This document shows positions 39,301 to 53,372 of a DNA stretch of 64,000 nucleotides, one piece after another. Numbering within the stretch: the first letter of the stretch is position 1; each line of letters opens with the position of its first letter. Source of the DNA: Eledone cirrhosa (Eukaryota); assembly GCA_964016885.1 (NCBI GenBank), contig OZ024740.1, positions 171,306,001 to 171,370,000 on the forward strand, read 5' to 3'. The notes beneath the pieces are model-generated. The model worked only from the letters and a program-made list of their open reading frames with translations, had not been told where the DNA came from and searched no databases. The translations under genes were made by a program, and so were the position numbers.

Positions 39301-41171
39301 ACTGTTGCTATCGGGAGTACTTTTTTTACCCACATTTACACTACAAGCATTAGACTACAACAGTTAACCTCTCTGCAGCCAGTTAACCTTTTAGAAAGGG
39401 TAACCATATCATTCCTACCAATAAAGGACACATTAGATAGGATAGTCCTAGATGCTCCCAAAAATATGTGATGATCACAGCTGGAATGTTCATCGATCTG
39501 CACAATCAGGTCTCAACAACAATAATAATCTTTCCTTGAGAGGACATACATGATCAAGTTACAAAAAGTCTTACAGTGAAATTAGATGAAGAAAAATATA
39601 TATGCCATGTAAAGCCAAACAAGAAGTTCTAAAGATACAGGTTATCTTGATTACCATGGTTAAGTGCTTTCTCTTAACTGAAGGCACATGTTGAGAGTTA
39701 GCCAAATTCAGCTCAAAGGAAACTTTACTAGAGAGCAGTAGTGTTTCCCTTTCCATCCTTGCCTTCCTCTCCAAATACAACTTGAATAAATCTATAACGG
39801 TTTGATTGAAGAGGAAAATGTTTTTAGTCATTTCAGTCATGTCTAACATTAAGCCTCTTTTGCCAGAGCCACCAGATGAAAAATAACTGTCTGCCCTTTT
39901 GAGTACAAAAAAGTTTGCAGGATGATCTTCATAATACTCCCAGGTGATGGCCAGATCCATTTTAAACACAATAGCAGCTGATCAACAAAACTTCAGAAGT
40001 CAGGAATGCTGAGCAAGTATATGCAGAATAGTTCTGTAGGTCTGTGTGCATCTCAGACAAGCCCAGTGCCTGTAGAGTTTTATCTCAAACTGGCAATACT
40101 TACTAGCAAGGCATTTTTGCTTGAGAACATTGTTCCCCATCACTAGCCCTCTGTAGATTGTTAACATGAAATTTTTATTGACCACATTGTCAGTGATGTG
40201 GAAACCTATTTTTAATAAATGAATTGTAGTCTTGTATTATTTCAACTGTTCAAAGTTTCCCACAGCTGAAATAAACCTACTTACTATCATGGTCAATAAT
40301 AGTTTAAATATATGATGGAGAGCAGAAATTGTAAATTAACACCATCATCGTTTAACATCTGCTTTTCCAAATAGTCTGAACATGTCTTCTTTAGGACAGT
40401 GTTCTGCAGTCATTTGTGATCTCCATGTTGTTCAGTATGCTGAGATCAGCCTTTCCCACTCCCAGGTCTTCCTTTTTCACAGGTTCTTTCAAATTGTATT
40501 TCCTGACACTTCCTTACCTGGCCATCATCCTCCATGTTCATTACACATCCATATCAAATGAGTCTTTTCTCAAGCACATTACATTAGATTCCTTTTATAT
40601 CCAATTCTTCTCTTAGTTCAATTGTGCTGTCATTTGTGTGCACATCTTATGGAGCAGGCTCACTTAATTTCTTTTTCCAGTTATCACACATCCTCTGCAT
40701 TCAGTGCCCAATACTCCAATACAAAATGTATATGATCTGATCTTCAGACATTTGAAAATGGTTGGTTGTTTATTATTGCTGGAAATTACTGCACAAATAT
40801 TTTTACAATGATTCTCTAAAATTTAGTGTAATCTATAAACATTTATTTCTTAATATCTTACCAAAAAAACACACAGTCCACGCTGTAATTTGGCCGTGTA
40901 GGCAACACGGTAAAAACGTCCCAGACCCACACTGTAAATGTGGTTGGTGTTAGGAAGGGCATCCAACTGTAGAAAACCTGCCAGACAGTCCTATGCGAGC
41001 AAGACAATTACTCTTGCCTCAAGTGGGAAAACCCCCGTCCAAACCCATGCAAGCGTGGAACACGGACGTTAAACGTTGATGATGATGATGATGATGATGA
41101 TATAGGACAATCATTAGATTCAACTTGTCTTCACAGACTAATCTACTGTGATTGACAAATTATTTTATTTA

Positions 41172-41229
41172 TTATCAATTTGATATCTGAAATATATTTT
41201 TTATCAATTTGATATCTGAAATATATTTT
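41172..41229. repeat. Tandem duplication of about 29 bp
   Basis: ttatcaatttgatatctgaaatatatttt twice. Confidence 0.85.
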
Positions 41230-44200
41230 CCTAAAATATGTATGTTCTCATACTCAATTTATGCTTCCAGGATATGTCATTATCATATAACCACTTTACT
41301 ATGATTATAGTCTTTTGTCATCTCTTTGTAGGTTCAACATCCTGCACTCAGCTTTCATGACTTCTTTCTTGGTTTTCCTTGTCTTTTGGATTATTAGATT
41401 CTTCAACACTAAACTGTCCTCCTTTATGCACATGACATGTCTTACTATTGTACTTAATATTCTCTATTACTCTATACTGCCGGTTCCTTTTATAATGTTT
41501 TGTTTTTTTTAACTTATCTGCACTACATTATTCATAGACTCTAACATTACACATCCTCCAGTTTATGCTCACATTTCTTTTCACTCTTCATTGAATGATC
41601 ATGTTTTGCTTCCCTGAAAATATTACACTTTGTGCACATACTTTATTCAATCTGCCTTTTGCTTGGAAAAATAAGTCCTTTGTTGCCAACAAAGGTAATA
41701 GCTCCTTGAACTTTTTTTCCCTTATCTTTTATGCTTTCTTAATAATACTCTGCCAACTAGGTAACAAAAGCTGTTGATTACTTTTAGTGCACCTTCTAAG
41801 CAGTTGAAAGAATACATTTCATGGGTGTTCTTACTGCTAAGTCTTATGTATTGGCTGCATATAAAGTCCTTCTTTACTGCCACTCTAGCTGTAGTACTAC
41901 TGTATCTTTTGTATACCAATAGTTTACATTAGTCCCTAACTACTTCTTGCATAACTGACATGATCACTTCCCAGGTGTCTGTAGAGTTCTGTATTCTTTC
42001 ATACTAAGTAAAGCTTTTGTCTTTGCTAAGTTTACTTTTAGGCCTCTTGATTCTCTGACTAATTTGACCATTAGAACTACATCAGTATTTAGAAGTCCCT
42101 ACATACAGCTAGTTGCATATTTATTTGTATTTCAAATTATTAATGCATATTATAGGAACTGAGTTTGAAATATGAGTTATACCTCATTCACTGTCATAGA
42201 TAATTGTTTTGTTTTTTGTGTGATTGGTATATTAGTGCCCAGTAATCTATACTGGGATGGAGCAGAATTATTGCAAAAGCCTTCATAGATTTGTCTTTCA
42301 TATTGTAGTTGAAATTAGTTAGCAGTTCCACAAACACTTATCATATAAGCTTTTAACTCTCATGATGAAAATGGCATGTTCAAAACTTTGCAGGAGAATC
42401 AAAAAAGTATACCTGTTGAAGACAAGAAGCATAAAAATAAAATGCTGTTAGGCCCTTTTTATACTTTGTTTTCTTTAATTGCTTTAACACCTTTGTGGTA
42501 CATGTATTCATGAAGCTAGCCTAAAATAGTCTTAAGAACTTTATATCTAAAGGATGATAAGCAGTTTGCTATAATTTAATTATAGTCTTTAGATGACATA
42601 GCTGCTGTTGACACCCTTACACTGTCTCAACTAATAAATGAGTTAAGTTGACTTAGTCAGGGAAATCCTATTGAGTGCAGTGTTGTTACAAACCCTATTT
42701 AAATCTAGTGCATCCAGTGCAAGTTAATCATCTGTCCATATCCTGTAACTAACACCACTGGCTTAGTTACACCCTATGCAACTCAATTAGAACTATGAAA
42801 GCTTTAGAAAAAATAATAATAGTAAGAAAGCTCTCTCATAAGTCATTACTAAATTTATTCAAATCATGCTTTTCAATAAACACACACAAAAAATTGTTAC
42901 TATGCTAGCATCATTCAAAGTTAATTGAAGCACACAGATCATGTTATGAACGAAGAAATAATACATCTACTACTTTATTATGTATGTTGACCCTGTCAGA
43001 AGAGATATATAATTGTGTATGCACAGGTGGTCATTTCGCAGCCTCTGCTTCTATTCTTTCCTTTCCCTTCACACAATAACTTATAGCTCTGTCATTTACT
43101 TTTCTTTTTGGTTCTTGTTAACCATTGTTAGGTAGCTTTACAGACAACAACAGTATGGAAAAATTATGATTGCTTGAAATACATTTGCCTCTGTAATGAA
43201 TGTACAATGATTTGAGTGCAAATACATGTTTGTTTACTTATTAATACTGTTAGTGCAACCAAGCCCATCAGTCCTTCAGTTAAAATTGTTTGAATATTAG
43301 AGAATGTTTCAACTAGAGTCTGTTCTTAATCCATTAGTTGGTGATCCAAAAAACACCCTAATGATAAGTCTTAAAACTAAACTATTGATTTTTCTATTTG
43401 TAAAACTTCAGATCAATTCATTGGCTTCCATTACTTTTATTTTATCACGCGCAGTTATCTTTTTTTCTGTCTTTCTTTTATACTAAGTTATTTTATATAG
43501 CCCCCCCCCCCCCCCCCCTCTTTTTTTTTAGGTTTTTATAAATTGATTTATAGATTTCTAGTTAATTTGCTGATACCATATTAACCTTCGTAAAGTTTCT
43601 GCACTGTTGGCTGTTGTTATTTGAAATGTATTTGTTTGAAAGTGTAATTCTGGCATTGCACTTAATAACATCAAAAAGTTGCTTAACTTTCTTAGTAATT
43701 TATTTTGAAATTTCCATTTAATTGCTAACTATTTGTATCTCTTGGAAAAAAAAATCCAAATATAAACAAGCTTGATTTATTTTAAGAAAAACAGTATACA
43801 TTAAACAAATTGTCATTAAATCTAAACTTTGAGCAGTAAACAATTATTTTTCACTCAGACAAATGGTGGATCCTTATGAACAGAAGAACCTGTAATATGA
43901 AATCAAATTAATTGTTTTATCATCGTTTTAGATCTGCTTTTCCATGTTTGCATGGGCTAGATAAGACTTTTAAGAGGCAGCTTTTCTATGTCCTGATACC
44001 AACCCATGGTATATACTGACATTGTCAATATCAAGGTGCACACACACACACACACTCATATATATATAACAGGCTTCCATATAGTTTCTGTTTACTCTCA
44101 AGGTATTAGTCAACCTGACACTATAGTAAAGGACAAATGCTCAAGGTGCCATGAAACCCAAAACCACATCATGCAAAGTGAACTTCTGAACCTACAGCCA

Positions 44201-44758
44201 TGTCTGTATCATATAGAGAAAATAGAAAACCATTGACAAGTAGGGAATGCATAAGCATACAGAAAAGGATATCAAATTGCTAAATTTCCTAATCTGCCTA
44301 GTCCAAACACTAAAAAATGTAATGATTCAAAATTTAATTTTGGGGAGCTTTTCTTGTTCTTGTACTTGAAGTTTCTTCAGAATTAGTTGACAAATCGGCT
44401 CTACATAATATACAAACCTTTGATAAAGTTAATATAAAGTTTATTTGTAAGAATGAGCTTCTCCTTGATTCTGGAACAAAGTAAATTAAGATAGTCTCAA
44501 TGAGCAGGCTTTATTTTGCTTCAGGGCATTTTTTTTTTTTTTTTTTTTTTCATTCTTTGGCATCATCAGAGTTAGTAAGAACTAGCATAACACATAGTCA
44601 AAAACTCTTAAATTTTTGTCTCTAATTTGTGAAAAACAATCTTTTGAATTAATTAACAAATCAGATCTTGGGTAGGTAAGTTGAAGGAAAACACTAGTAA
44701 AGTTAAGTATATATAATTTCTTAGTTAAGATTCAACAATAAGATATTTAACTGTCAAA

Positions 44759-44820
<62 letters not shown>
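44759..44820. repeat. (TC)n(TA)n microsatellite
   Basis: Seen directly. Confidence 0.95.
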
Positions 44821-44822
<2 letters not shown>

Positions 44823-47785
44823 ATCTTGAATATTTATATTTAAAACACTAAGTTATGTTAATTATAGCAGGTATTTTCACTTACTGCAATGCAGTGCATT
44901 TTTGTGTAGCAGGTGTGCACTTTCTGGCTGCCATTTATTAGATAACTGAAACTGCTGTAGTAATAACATATCATAAAATGGGTAAACCCTACCTTGAACA
45001 AGTAAAATAATTTAAAAGCAGCTTTTCTTGATTAACTTTTTTTTTTTCAGTTTATTCTGCTGCTACATGGAAACATACATTTTATTATGTTAGGAATATT
45101 ACTACTTTTTCTAGATTTTTTTTGTTTGTTTGTTTGTTTGGTTTATTTTTAACCAAAAATTTCTCTGCACTTTTAATTGCTTTGAAAACCAAAATAAACA
45201 AACAAATAAATAGCCAGCTGTTTGAAATCTTTCAGTAAATAAATTGAAAGCACAGCTGAGCTTCTGCCAGTGTGTTCCATTCCTCTTTTAGGATCTAAAT
45301 ATCTGTAATATTAGTCAGCAGACATTCATAAAATTGCTTCAATGCCATGCTACCATATCTGTCCCATCAACACAGAATGTCAAGAATGTAGTTTGTAGCA
45401 CACATTTTAGCCCAGAATATTGTATTAAGATACTTTGCTGTATTTCATTAATAAAATTATTAGCAATCTGTGTGAAATGGTTTATAAAAAAAAGACTTTG
45501 TTGAAGTTGGTGGGGTTGGATTAACTCCAGGGTGGGGGGTTATTTTCTTATATAAAGATAACTATGGATACAGTTTCTTCTTCCTCTTCTCCTACCCCCT
45601 CTATCAGGAAAAAATCTTATGTTAAATTTTTTTAATTTCTTTTTTTAGGCAGGAGGGAGGGAGTGCCTTGTTACTGGTCCATTCCACTATTTTAACGGAT
45701 GTTTGTATTTACCATAAAATTCCAAATAGATATTAATACAAGACTTCTTTTATTAATATTATTATTTTACAAATGGGAAGATTATGTTGAACATAAAAAA
45801 TTTACTTGTAGACTTGAGTCTCATTTAATTTAGTTACCAAAATACACCCACACTGAGATGGTAGTGCTGGAGCCATAATGAAAAAGCATCCAGTCCATCC
45901 TATAAAGTTGGTAGTGCCAGTGTCATGATAAAAAAACGCCCAATAGAAACCAAGCCAAAAACAGAACATGAGCAAGACATGGTCATCTAACCTGTCTAGC
46001 CTCAGAATGTGACAGCTGGTCTAACCCATGCAAACATGGAAAATAAGCACTAAAATGTGATGATGATAGCTATGAGGTTAAGGTGCTGGACTCTCTGCTT
46101 TAATCTCCATACTACCATTGAGCTGTGCTATGGGGTATGTTACATAGCTACACTTTGTTTCAATTTGTTTGAATGATAACAGGTCCTACACCTTTGTCTC
46201 ACAGTTGGCTGATTAGCAATCATTCAGCTGTTAGGCAACTAACTACTGCAAACAAAACTTATCCCACATATGCTGCTGGCATGTAAAGTAGTGGCAAAAT
46301 AAATAAAATAAAATAAGATAAATAGTGCAAGTTGACATTTTCTTAAAACTACAAGAGTTTGAATTGTTTTATGATGCTTCATAATGGGTTCTGAAACATT
46401 AACCATTAACCTTTTAATGTTATGTGTGAAAGTGAATAAAATTTAGTACTATATAAATTTTCCTCTCTGTAGTATCTCCATGATAAGTGGCAGAGTTGTT
46501 ACAACATCAGATAGAATACTTTGAGAGTATTCATTCTGGCACTCTGCACCCTGAGTTCAAATCCCACTGAAGTCATCTTTCACTTTCATCTGTTCAAGAT
46601 AGATAAAAGAAGCATCAGTTTTATAGAGTTGATTTTTCCTCTATTCTCTCCCTCTTTCTCTGAAATAAAATGCCTGTGTTCAGATATGGAGAAGGGATGT
46701 GCTCCACAAGGTTTAAAGTACCTTAGACACACCACAGCCTCTATGACTCCATTAGAAGCTACAGGTCCATACATACAGTATCTCCATGAAGTCCTAGTCG
46801 GAAGATTCAACATGATTCAAGTGTGTTTGTTTAATCAATATGTAGTTTCAATAGTTTTGATTAATATTGGAAAGAATTGGGTAAAATGGAAATTCTGAGG
46901 GCAAAGTATTTCTTTTGGAGATATACAAAGTCAAGGGTTTATGTTCAACTGGAGGGTGGATAGCGACGAATAGTTTAGGGACAATGGTTGGAGGAACCAA
47001 AAAGAAATAGAGCATAGCTTGATGTTCTATCTAGTGTCAGTATAAAGTTCTATAAATGAACTGATTTTGTTGTTAGTTCACACCTATGTAGGTTTAGTTG
47101 GTGTTCATTGAGGTTGCACCTCATAGAATGTTTCTTGGGTGTTTTAAGAATAGGGGCCCCTGTCTTGTGATGATCTTCTAAAAAATAAAGCAATATTATT
47201 TTTTTTATTGCTTTACAACAGCTGTACATTTTTTGTGTTTTTCTTTTCCCAGTTTGGTGTTTAGTGAAACCACCCTTAGTTGAAGAGTTTACAAAAAGAA
47301 GTGGGGTTTGGGGACAAGACAAAAAAAAGGTTATTGAATGCATGTTAAATCCTATTTCAATTTAACTGACTCTGTTTCTTTCCTAGTATTTTGTATGTCT
47401 GTTTTGAGATAAATATCTCATATTTTGTTCTGGTCAATGAAGTATTCACTTCTAGAACTTCATTTTAACTGTTACTCGTTGACAAGTCTGTACAAGAAAA
47501 CGTGTATTGCAAAATGATTTCAAATTAAAAATTTAATATTACATATTTTAAAAGATAAAAAAAAAAAGAATTTTCGACTCAGCAATATACTTGGTAGTTG
47601 TCTTTTTAGATACATGGAAGTCACCGAGGTAAATTGGTAGATTCCTTAGAATACTTCGCACTAAATGTTCCTTGCTTTTCATCCTTACAATAAAGTACCG
47701 GTTCAATACTGAGGTCAATTTTTCCTTTATTTCACTTCTCTCTCTTCTAAGAAATCTGCCGTGGTCAGGCGATGCCTCTACGAAG

Positions 47786-47819
<34 letters not shown>

Positions 47820-49832
47820 CATACATACACTGTCTGAGCAAGTAATTGTTTTCTCAAGAAAATTAGAACTTTTCTTGAGAAATAACAAAGCTATTTAAAT
47901 CCTATATATAGTGTAAATACAAATCTTTTATTTCAGTTTTACTTTCCCCCCGTTTCCAGTATTATAACTTCGAAAACGGAATGTACAATTTATTACTTTT
48001 CTTTGTTAGCATATTTGTACTGTTAGTCTTTACTTCGACAAAGGTGACGGTGGAGACTATGACTTTAATACATTACATACAACACAGATTATTTCTCACT
48101 TAATAAAAACGTTCTGCATTGTTGTTTAATTACGTAAAATTCCTAGCTGGTTTGATATGACAAGACTGAAGTTTCTTAGCGAAAAGCGGTGTAACCACTT
48201 GTTTGTATTCAAGTAAACCGCACATCACAGAAATTTGTCATTTTGCACCTATGTAGAAAAAAGTGCAGTTGGCGTATTATATTATTAACCAGTATTAGAA
48301 AAGCAAGTCCCTGGGGCGTTTGTCTTCGTTTTACCCTGATTATTTGCATTTTTTATGTTGTATAGTTACGTTGTTGTTTATTTTTTGTTTAATATAATTA
48401 AATAAGGATATGTTGACTGAATGAACCTGTTGAAAGTTAAGTTTTAATTCTAAGGTTTTTTTAACCGGTTTATGAGATGTGTGTGTGTTTTTAGTTTAAA
48501 AAATTCGAAACATTTAGATTTTCTAAATCAACTAAATTCTTGCTTTTCAAAGATATTTACATTAATTTTAAAGAAAACTCAGAAGCTGCATATCTTATTA
48601 AATATGATAGAGAAGCCTGTCTTTGTGTATGTAATTAGAAAAAAATATTGTATGCGTAAACTGTCTAAAACCCAGTCGTTAGCCATGGGGGTGCCATCGC
48701 CATCAACTGCAAACGCGTATTTTCTTCATATATCTCAGCTGGTTTGTGTTGTGTTAACAGTTAGCCGGTCTACTGAATCAGTTAATTGTCTGTCTAGGGG
48801 GGGTGGAAATGATGCAAATCAAAAATCGATTTGTCACTTACGGGTGACACAGTCGTTGAGTTTTGATCTGTCAACAAGTTCTGTAATTATTTGTTTACCA
48901 CCGATTTTGGTGTAAACATTCGACCCCTTATGTCATTTATAATTTGGTCGATTGTGGCTAAGCTTGTTTTATCATTAACTAAACCTGCATGGAGAAAACA
49001 TCTGATTTTACAATACAAACATTTCTTAAATATGTAATTTAACTTATTTAAACGTACATGAATAGATAACTCCATATACCCATTGTGTTCGTGTTTAAAT
49101 TACTTTTTTTTTTCTTTTCATCCTAACAAACGTTCTCTCTCTCTCTATGTTATGTATGATTTATTTTTCTTTGTTTTCCCCGTTTCTCTCGTATTATTTG
49201 TCTCTCTTATTCTCTCGTATTCTTCTAATGTCATCACCAGCTGTATTTCATAAATGTTGACTTGATGTCTGCTCTTTCTCTCTCTCCGCACCCCTGGCTG
49301 CAGAATTACATTCGAAGGTTATGGAGTGAAAGTAGGCAAGGGATTTCAAGAGAGGAGAATCAATTATTCTTCTTCACATGCAACTCGATTACTGATATTA
49401 TTACGAAATTAGCCTGCACTTTCAAGTGCGTACTCGTACACTAAACATGACCGATTTTGTTTGATGGCCTTATCTATATATTTCTCAATCTCGCTCTTTC
49501 ACTCGCGTCACAATATCCTATACATTTTTCTCTCCTTCTCAACTTTTTCTTTTGTAGTGTTCAGTTCTCGTCACCGCCATTTTGTTTTCTTTCCCCATTC
49601 TTCTTCGCCGTTTCTCTCCTTAGCCTCTTTTCTTCTCTCATACTATATCTCTATTTCCTCCCTCTCTCTTAAATTTTACATTTTCTCACTCCATTTCTCA
49701 GCACCTCCCTCTCTTGTCATCTTTTCTCCCCTTCACTCTTTCCTCTACTCGCGTGCTTCTCGCTGCTATTCCAGCCTCCTTCTCATTGCTGCTGGCCTAT
49801 TTTTAGCAGTTCCACACAGCAACAAGCTATGT

Positions 49833-49900
49833 TGATTGACGTCACTGACAGCCCATTGGTGGAGCTGCGAGGTCAGAGGTGGCTGTCTTGTGACTCATAC
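49833..49900. promoter_or_regulatory. Dense TF-motif cluster (CRE, TGACAG, CCAAT, AGGTCA, AP-1)
   Basis: tgatTGACGTCAcTGACAGcccATTGGt...gAGGTCA...TGACTCA within about 65 bp next to a long pyrimidine-rich tract. Confidence 0.45.
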
Positions 49901-50449
49901 ACCCAGCATTCTTTGAGTGCAATTTGAACATGTGACCTAAATGTAACAAGAAGGATCTAATGTTTCTTGCCCAGCCTCAAAAGCCCTCCGAAAGAGAGGA
50001 GAGAGAGAGAAAAAAAAGAAGCCATGTCATGTGCGGTATTTCTCTTACCTGGAAATTATCGCATAATCTATTCTTTTTCTTTCTCTCATTGTGTTTTCTC
50101 CGGCCTATTATCAATCTTTCAAGGTTTTTTTTTTTTGTCCTTTGACTCACAACTTGGGGGATTTCCTTATCATCATTCCCAAGCAACCAGTTATGGCATT
50201 TTTATAGAAATTCCAAGGAAAATGTAGCACGTGCACATCCCGAATCCACCTCGGTTCTTCTTGGTTTTTCTGTTTAACTCTCTTTCTATCTAGAAAATTT
50301 GTTTTGGTCAATCTGTTCTGGAAATCCACCCTTGGATTTATATTTTTTTGTGTTCCTTGGTAAATGAATAAACATTAATTATATTCTTTTTCCTCATCCC
50401 TACCACTAACTTTAACTGATATTTCAACTCTACGAAAAATAATATAGGT

Positions 50450-50755
50450 GCTGGCTTAGTGCTAAGAAGTTCGTTTCGCAATGACGTCGTGCCTAGTTCG
50501 ACTCACTGTGTGGTACTTTCGGAAAGTGTCTTGCAGTATAGCACAAGGGTTTGGATTAATTGCCTTGTGGGTGAAATTTATTAATCGAAACTGCGGAAGC
50601 CCGTCTTATGTGTGTGTGCTTGTCATTGTAATGGGAGTTACGTCCCTTTATGGCAACGGCAGTTTAACTTATGATGAAATAGGTCCTAGACTCGATATAA
50701 TCGACTTACCCTTCGGTGCGATACTCTAGCATGACTGCATTTAAATGACTAAAAT
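50450..50755 (+). mobile_element. Degenerate SINE family C-like copy
   Basis: ggcttagtgctaagaagttcg...gttcgactc head; gcatgactgcatttaaatgactaaaa tail. Confidence 0.5.
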
Positions 50756-52077
50756 GAGTAGGTTACATTGGATAGCCTAATACTAACCAAATCAAGGTGT
50801 GAAATCACTTCTTTTTTTTTTCCTCCCACGGTACATACTAGAATGTATAGGAGTTTTTTTGTTGGTGCAGGCAAGGCTGTGGTTAAAAATTTCAGTATAC
50901 AACTACATGATTCCAGGTTTGATCCTGTCGTGCGGAATCATGGGCAAGTGACATCTCCAGTTGCCTCGAGTCAAATCAAAGCCTTTTAGGTGATATTTGT
51001 AGGCGGAGAAACTCATTAATCCATCACCCAGTAAACACTACCACTTAGATTGCGTTTAACAAAGTCTATTCTGTTGTAAGCATTCTGGCTCAGAAAATGG
51101 CCATCAATGCTGCCACTCTTCATCTGACTAATTTTTTTTTACTCCAAATGGTCTAGTGTAAGGATTTTAAGTTTACAGTTATTTGGATGCATGGCTTGCA
51201 GATATCTCTGAATCAAGGTTTAACTGTATTTGCTTCAACAAATATAATCTAAAGTCTGGGGAAACTAGTGGTAGTCTGTATTGACAAGAATTGGTTAATG
51301 AAATTTATAAATTTTAGTATGCTATATAGTAGGAAAACATGACTTTTAGTGTCTCACCTCAGTATAGGGACTTATTCACATCTGCCAGCTACGTTGCTGC
51401 AGTTTACCACCAACACTCATTTCTCACTGCATTGCATATTTACAATTTTAATCAATTAGGGTTTCAGTGCACCAACCCTTTTTAAAATATATATGTATCA
51501 TCATCATCTGTCTATTTTTTCCATGCTTGCATGAGTTAGATGGGTTGTCACGTTATGAGAGTCAAGTCAGGAGACCACATCTTGCTCAAACATCTGTATT
51601 TTGGCTTGGTTTCTACAGCTGGAGGCCCTTCCTAACACCAACCACATTACTGTATGAACTGGGTGCTTTTGTTGTGGTACTGGATCAGCACACAAGGAGA
51701 ACTTAGTGCTTCTTCATGTGGTAACAGCATTGTGGGAGAGCGGATATAGACCATCTTCAGCATTTATGCTTGTATACATAGGTTGTGAAGGAGAGGTGTA
51801 TCAAGGGTGAGAGTTTGGAGGGGGGATAAGCAAGTTCAATATGGATGAGGTGCATGGGATATTTAGCTGGAGATAGGGTAATCAGAAGATTAGTGCAAAC
51901 TAGTGTGTCCTCTACATGTTTGTTTCATTCTGTGCACACACATATATGTATAAAGTTTTCTTGAAGATTGAGTTAAAGCGCAAATGTATTAGAATTCATA
52001 GAATGAGAAAAACTCAACACAAGAATAGCTTTTAAAACAGCAGAATGTTGTCAATGACAGCATCAGGTAAAACTTAC

Positions 52078-52115
52078 CTTGAAGGACAGAAATCAGCGGC
52101 TAGAACTGTGTTGGC
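52078..52115 (-). other. Putative 38-nt exon of a minus-strand transcript
   Basis: Minus strand: about 35-nt pyrimidine tract + ctgcag|GCCAAC...TTCAAG|gtaagt. Confidence 0.45.
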
Positions 52116-52158
52116 CTGCAGAAGTGATAGGAAGAAAGGAGCAAAGGAAAAAATTCTA

Positions 52159-52198
<40 letters not shown>

Positions 52199-52562
52199 AT
52201 AGTGGAATTGATATGAAGAGAGGAGATTGTATTTTATTGGTTCTTCTATCTCTCCACCCTGGATTTTCCAGAGAACCAGGGCTCGATGAAATAATGTTCG
52301 GAAGACCATCTGAAGAAGCCGGGTTAATGCTATGGAACCAACACACTGCATAATCATCAAACCCATTGAAATATTTGTAATGGAAAATTACTGAATAAAT
52401 TGTAAACACTCATTATGCATACTTATTCTTCACTGTATACTCCACCTGAACCACCATATGTATTCTGGGATGCATCAGGCAGTTCAGTGCTTACCTCAGG
52501 ATACTTCGAAATCTACCAGTTGGACTATTGGATACAATGCCCTAATTGGTCGTCTACCTGCG

Positions 52563-52606
<44 letters not shown>

Positions 52607-53160
52607 ATATATAGTTTCTATTTTAGCTGTTGTACATACCTGTGGTTAAATTAAGCATTGTTCAGTGTTTACTTGTCATGATACAGGTATAGTCTTGGTT
52701 AAATAGTTATCATGCTCACCACATCAATTGTGCTAGTGTTTTTCTATTTGAGAAGGTTGCAATAAACTCCTGATTTATACAGGAACAGTTAATTCATATC
52801 CATTTAGAATCAGCTTTATTTTCATAAGTGAATATGAAATCTGTTCTTGAGTCTTTAAGTTAAAATATAAACTACTGGGTGACTACAATTTTTCATTAAA
52901 GATTTATATTGATGAAAAACTGCTTGACAAGTCATACTAACTTTAAACCCTACACCGTGTCTGAACTTGTCTACTTTTAGTTGAGTAACAATCAATAAAT
53001 GTCCTAGGTGCCTAACTTGGAGAAGGTTATCTTAGACTTTAGGTTCAGTTTACCACTTGTTATATACTTTCTCATACATCCTCTCTTCCCTCCTGCTTCT
53101 TTCTCTTTGTTTTTCATTCTTTTATTAATCTCTATCATTATATATATATAATGATAGAGA

Positions 53161-53341
53161 CGGTGGATTGGCAGTATTGGTAGAGGGTCGGACGCCATGC
53201 TTTCCAGCATAGTTACGTCCCTTTACGATCTGAGTTCAAATCCCGCCGAGGTTAACTTTGCCCTTCATCCTTACGGGGTCGATAAAATAAAGTACCAGTA
53301 ATGAACTGAATAATTGCTGGCCTTGTGCCTAAAGTAGAAAC

Positions 53342-53347
<6 letters not shown>
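53161..53347 (+). mobile_element. SINE family A
   Basis: Full-length copy followed by (TA)n. Confidence 0.9.

Positions 53348-53367
<20 letters not shown>

Positions 53368-53372
<5 letters not shown>

Noticed and set aside
39571-39969. 132-aa minus ORF
   Set aside because: No recognisable domain or splice signals; adjacent frames hint at decayed LINE sequence.
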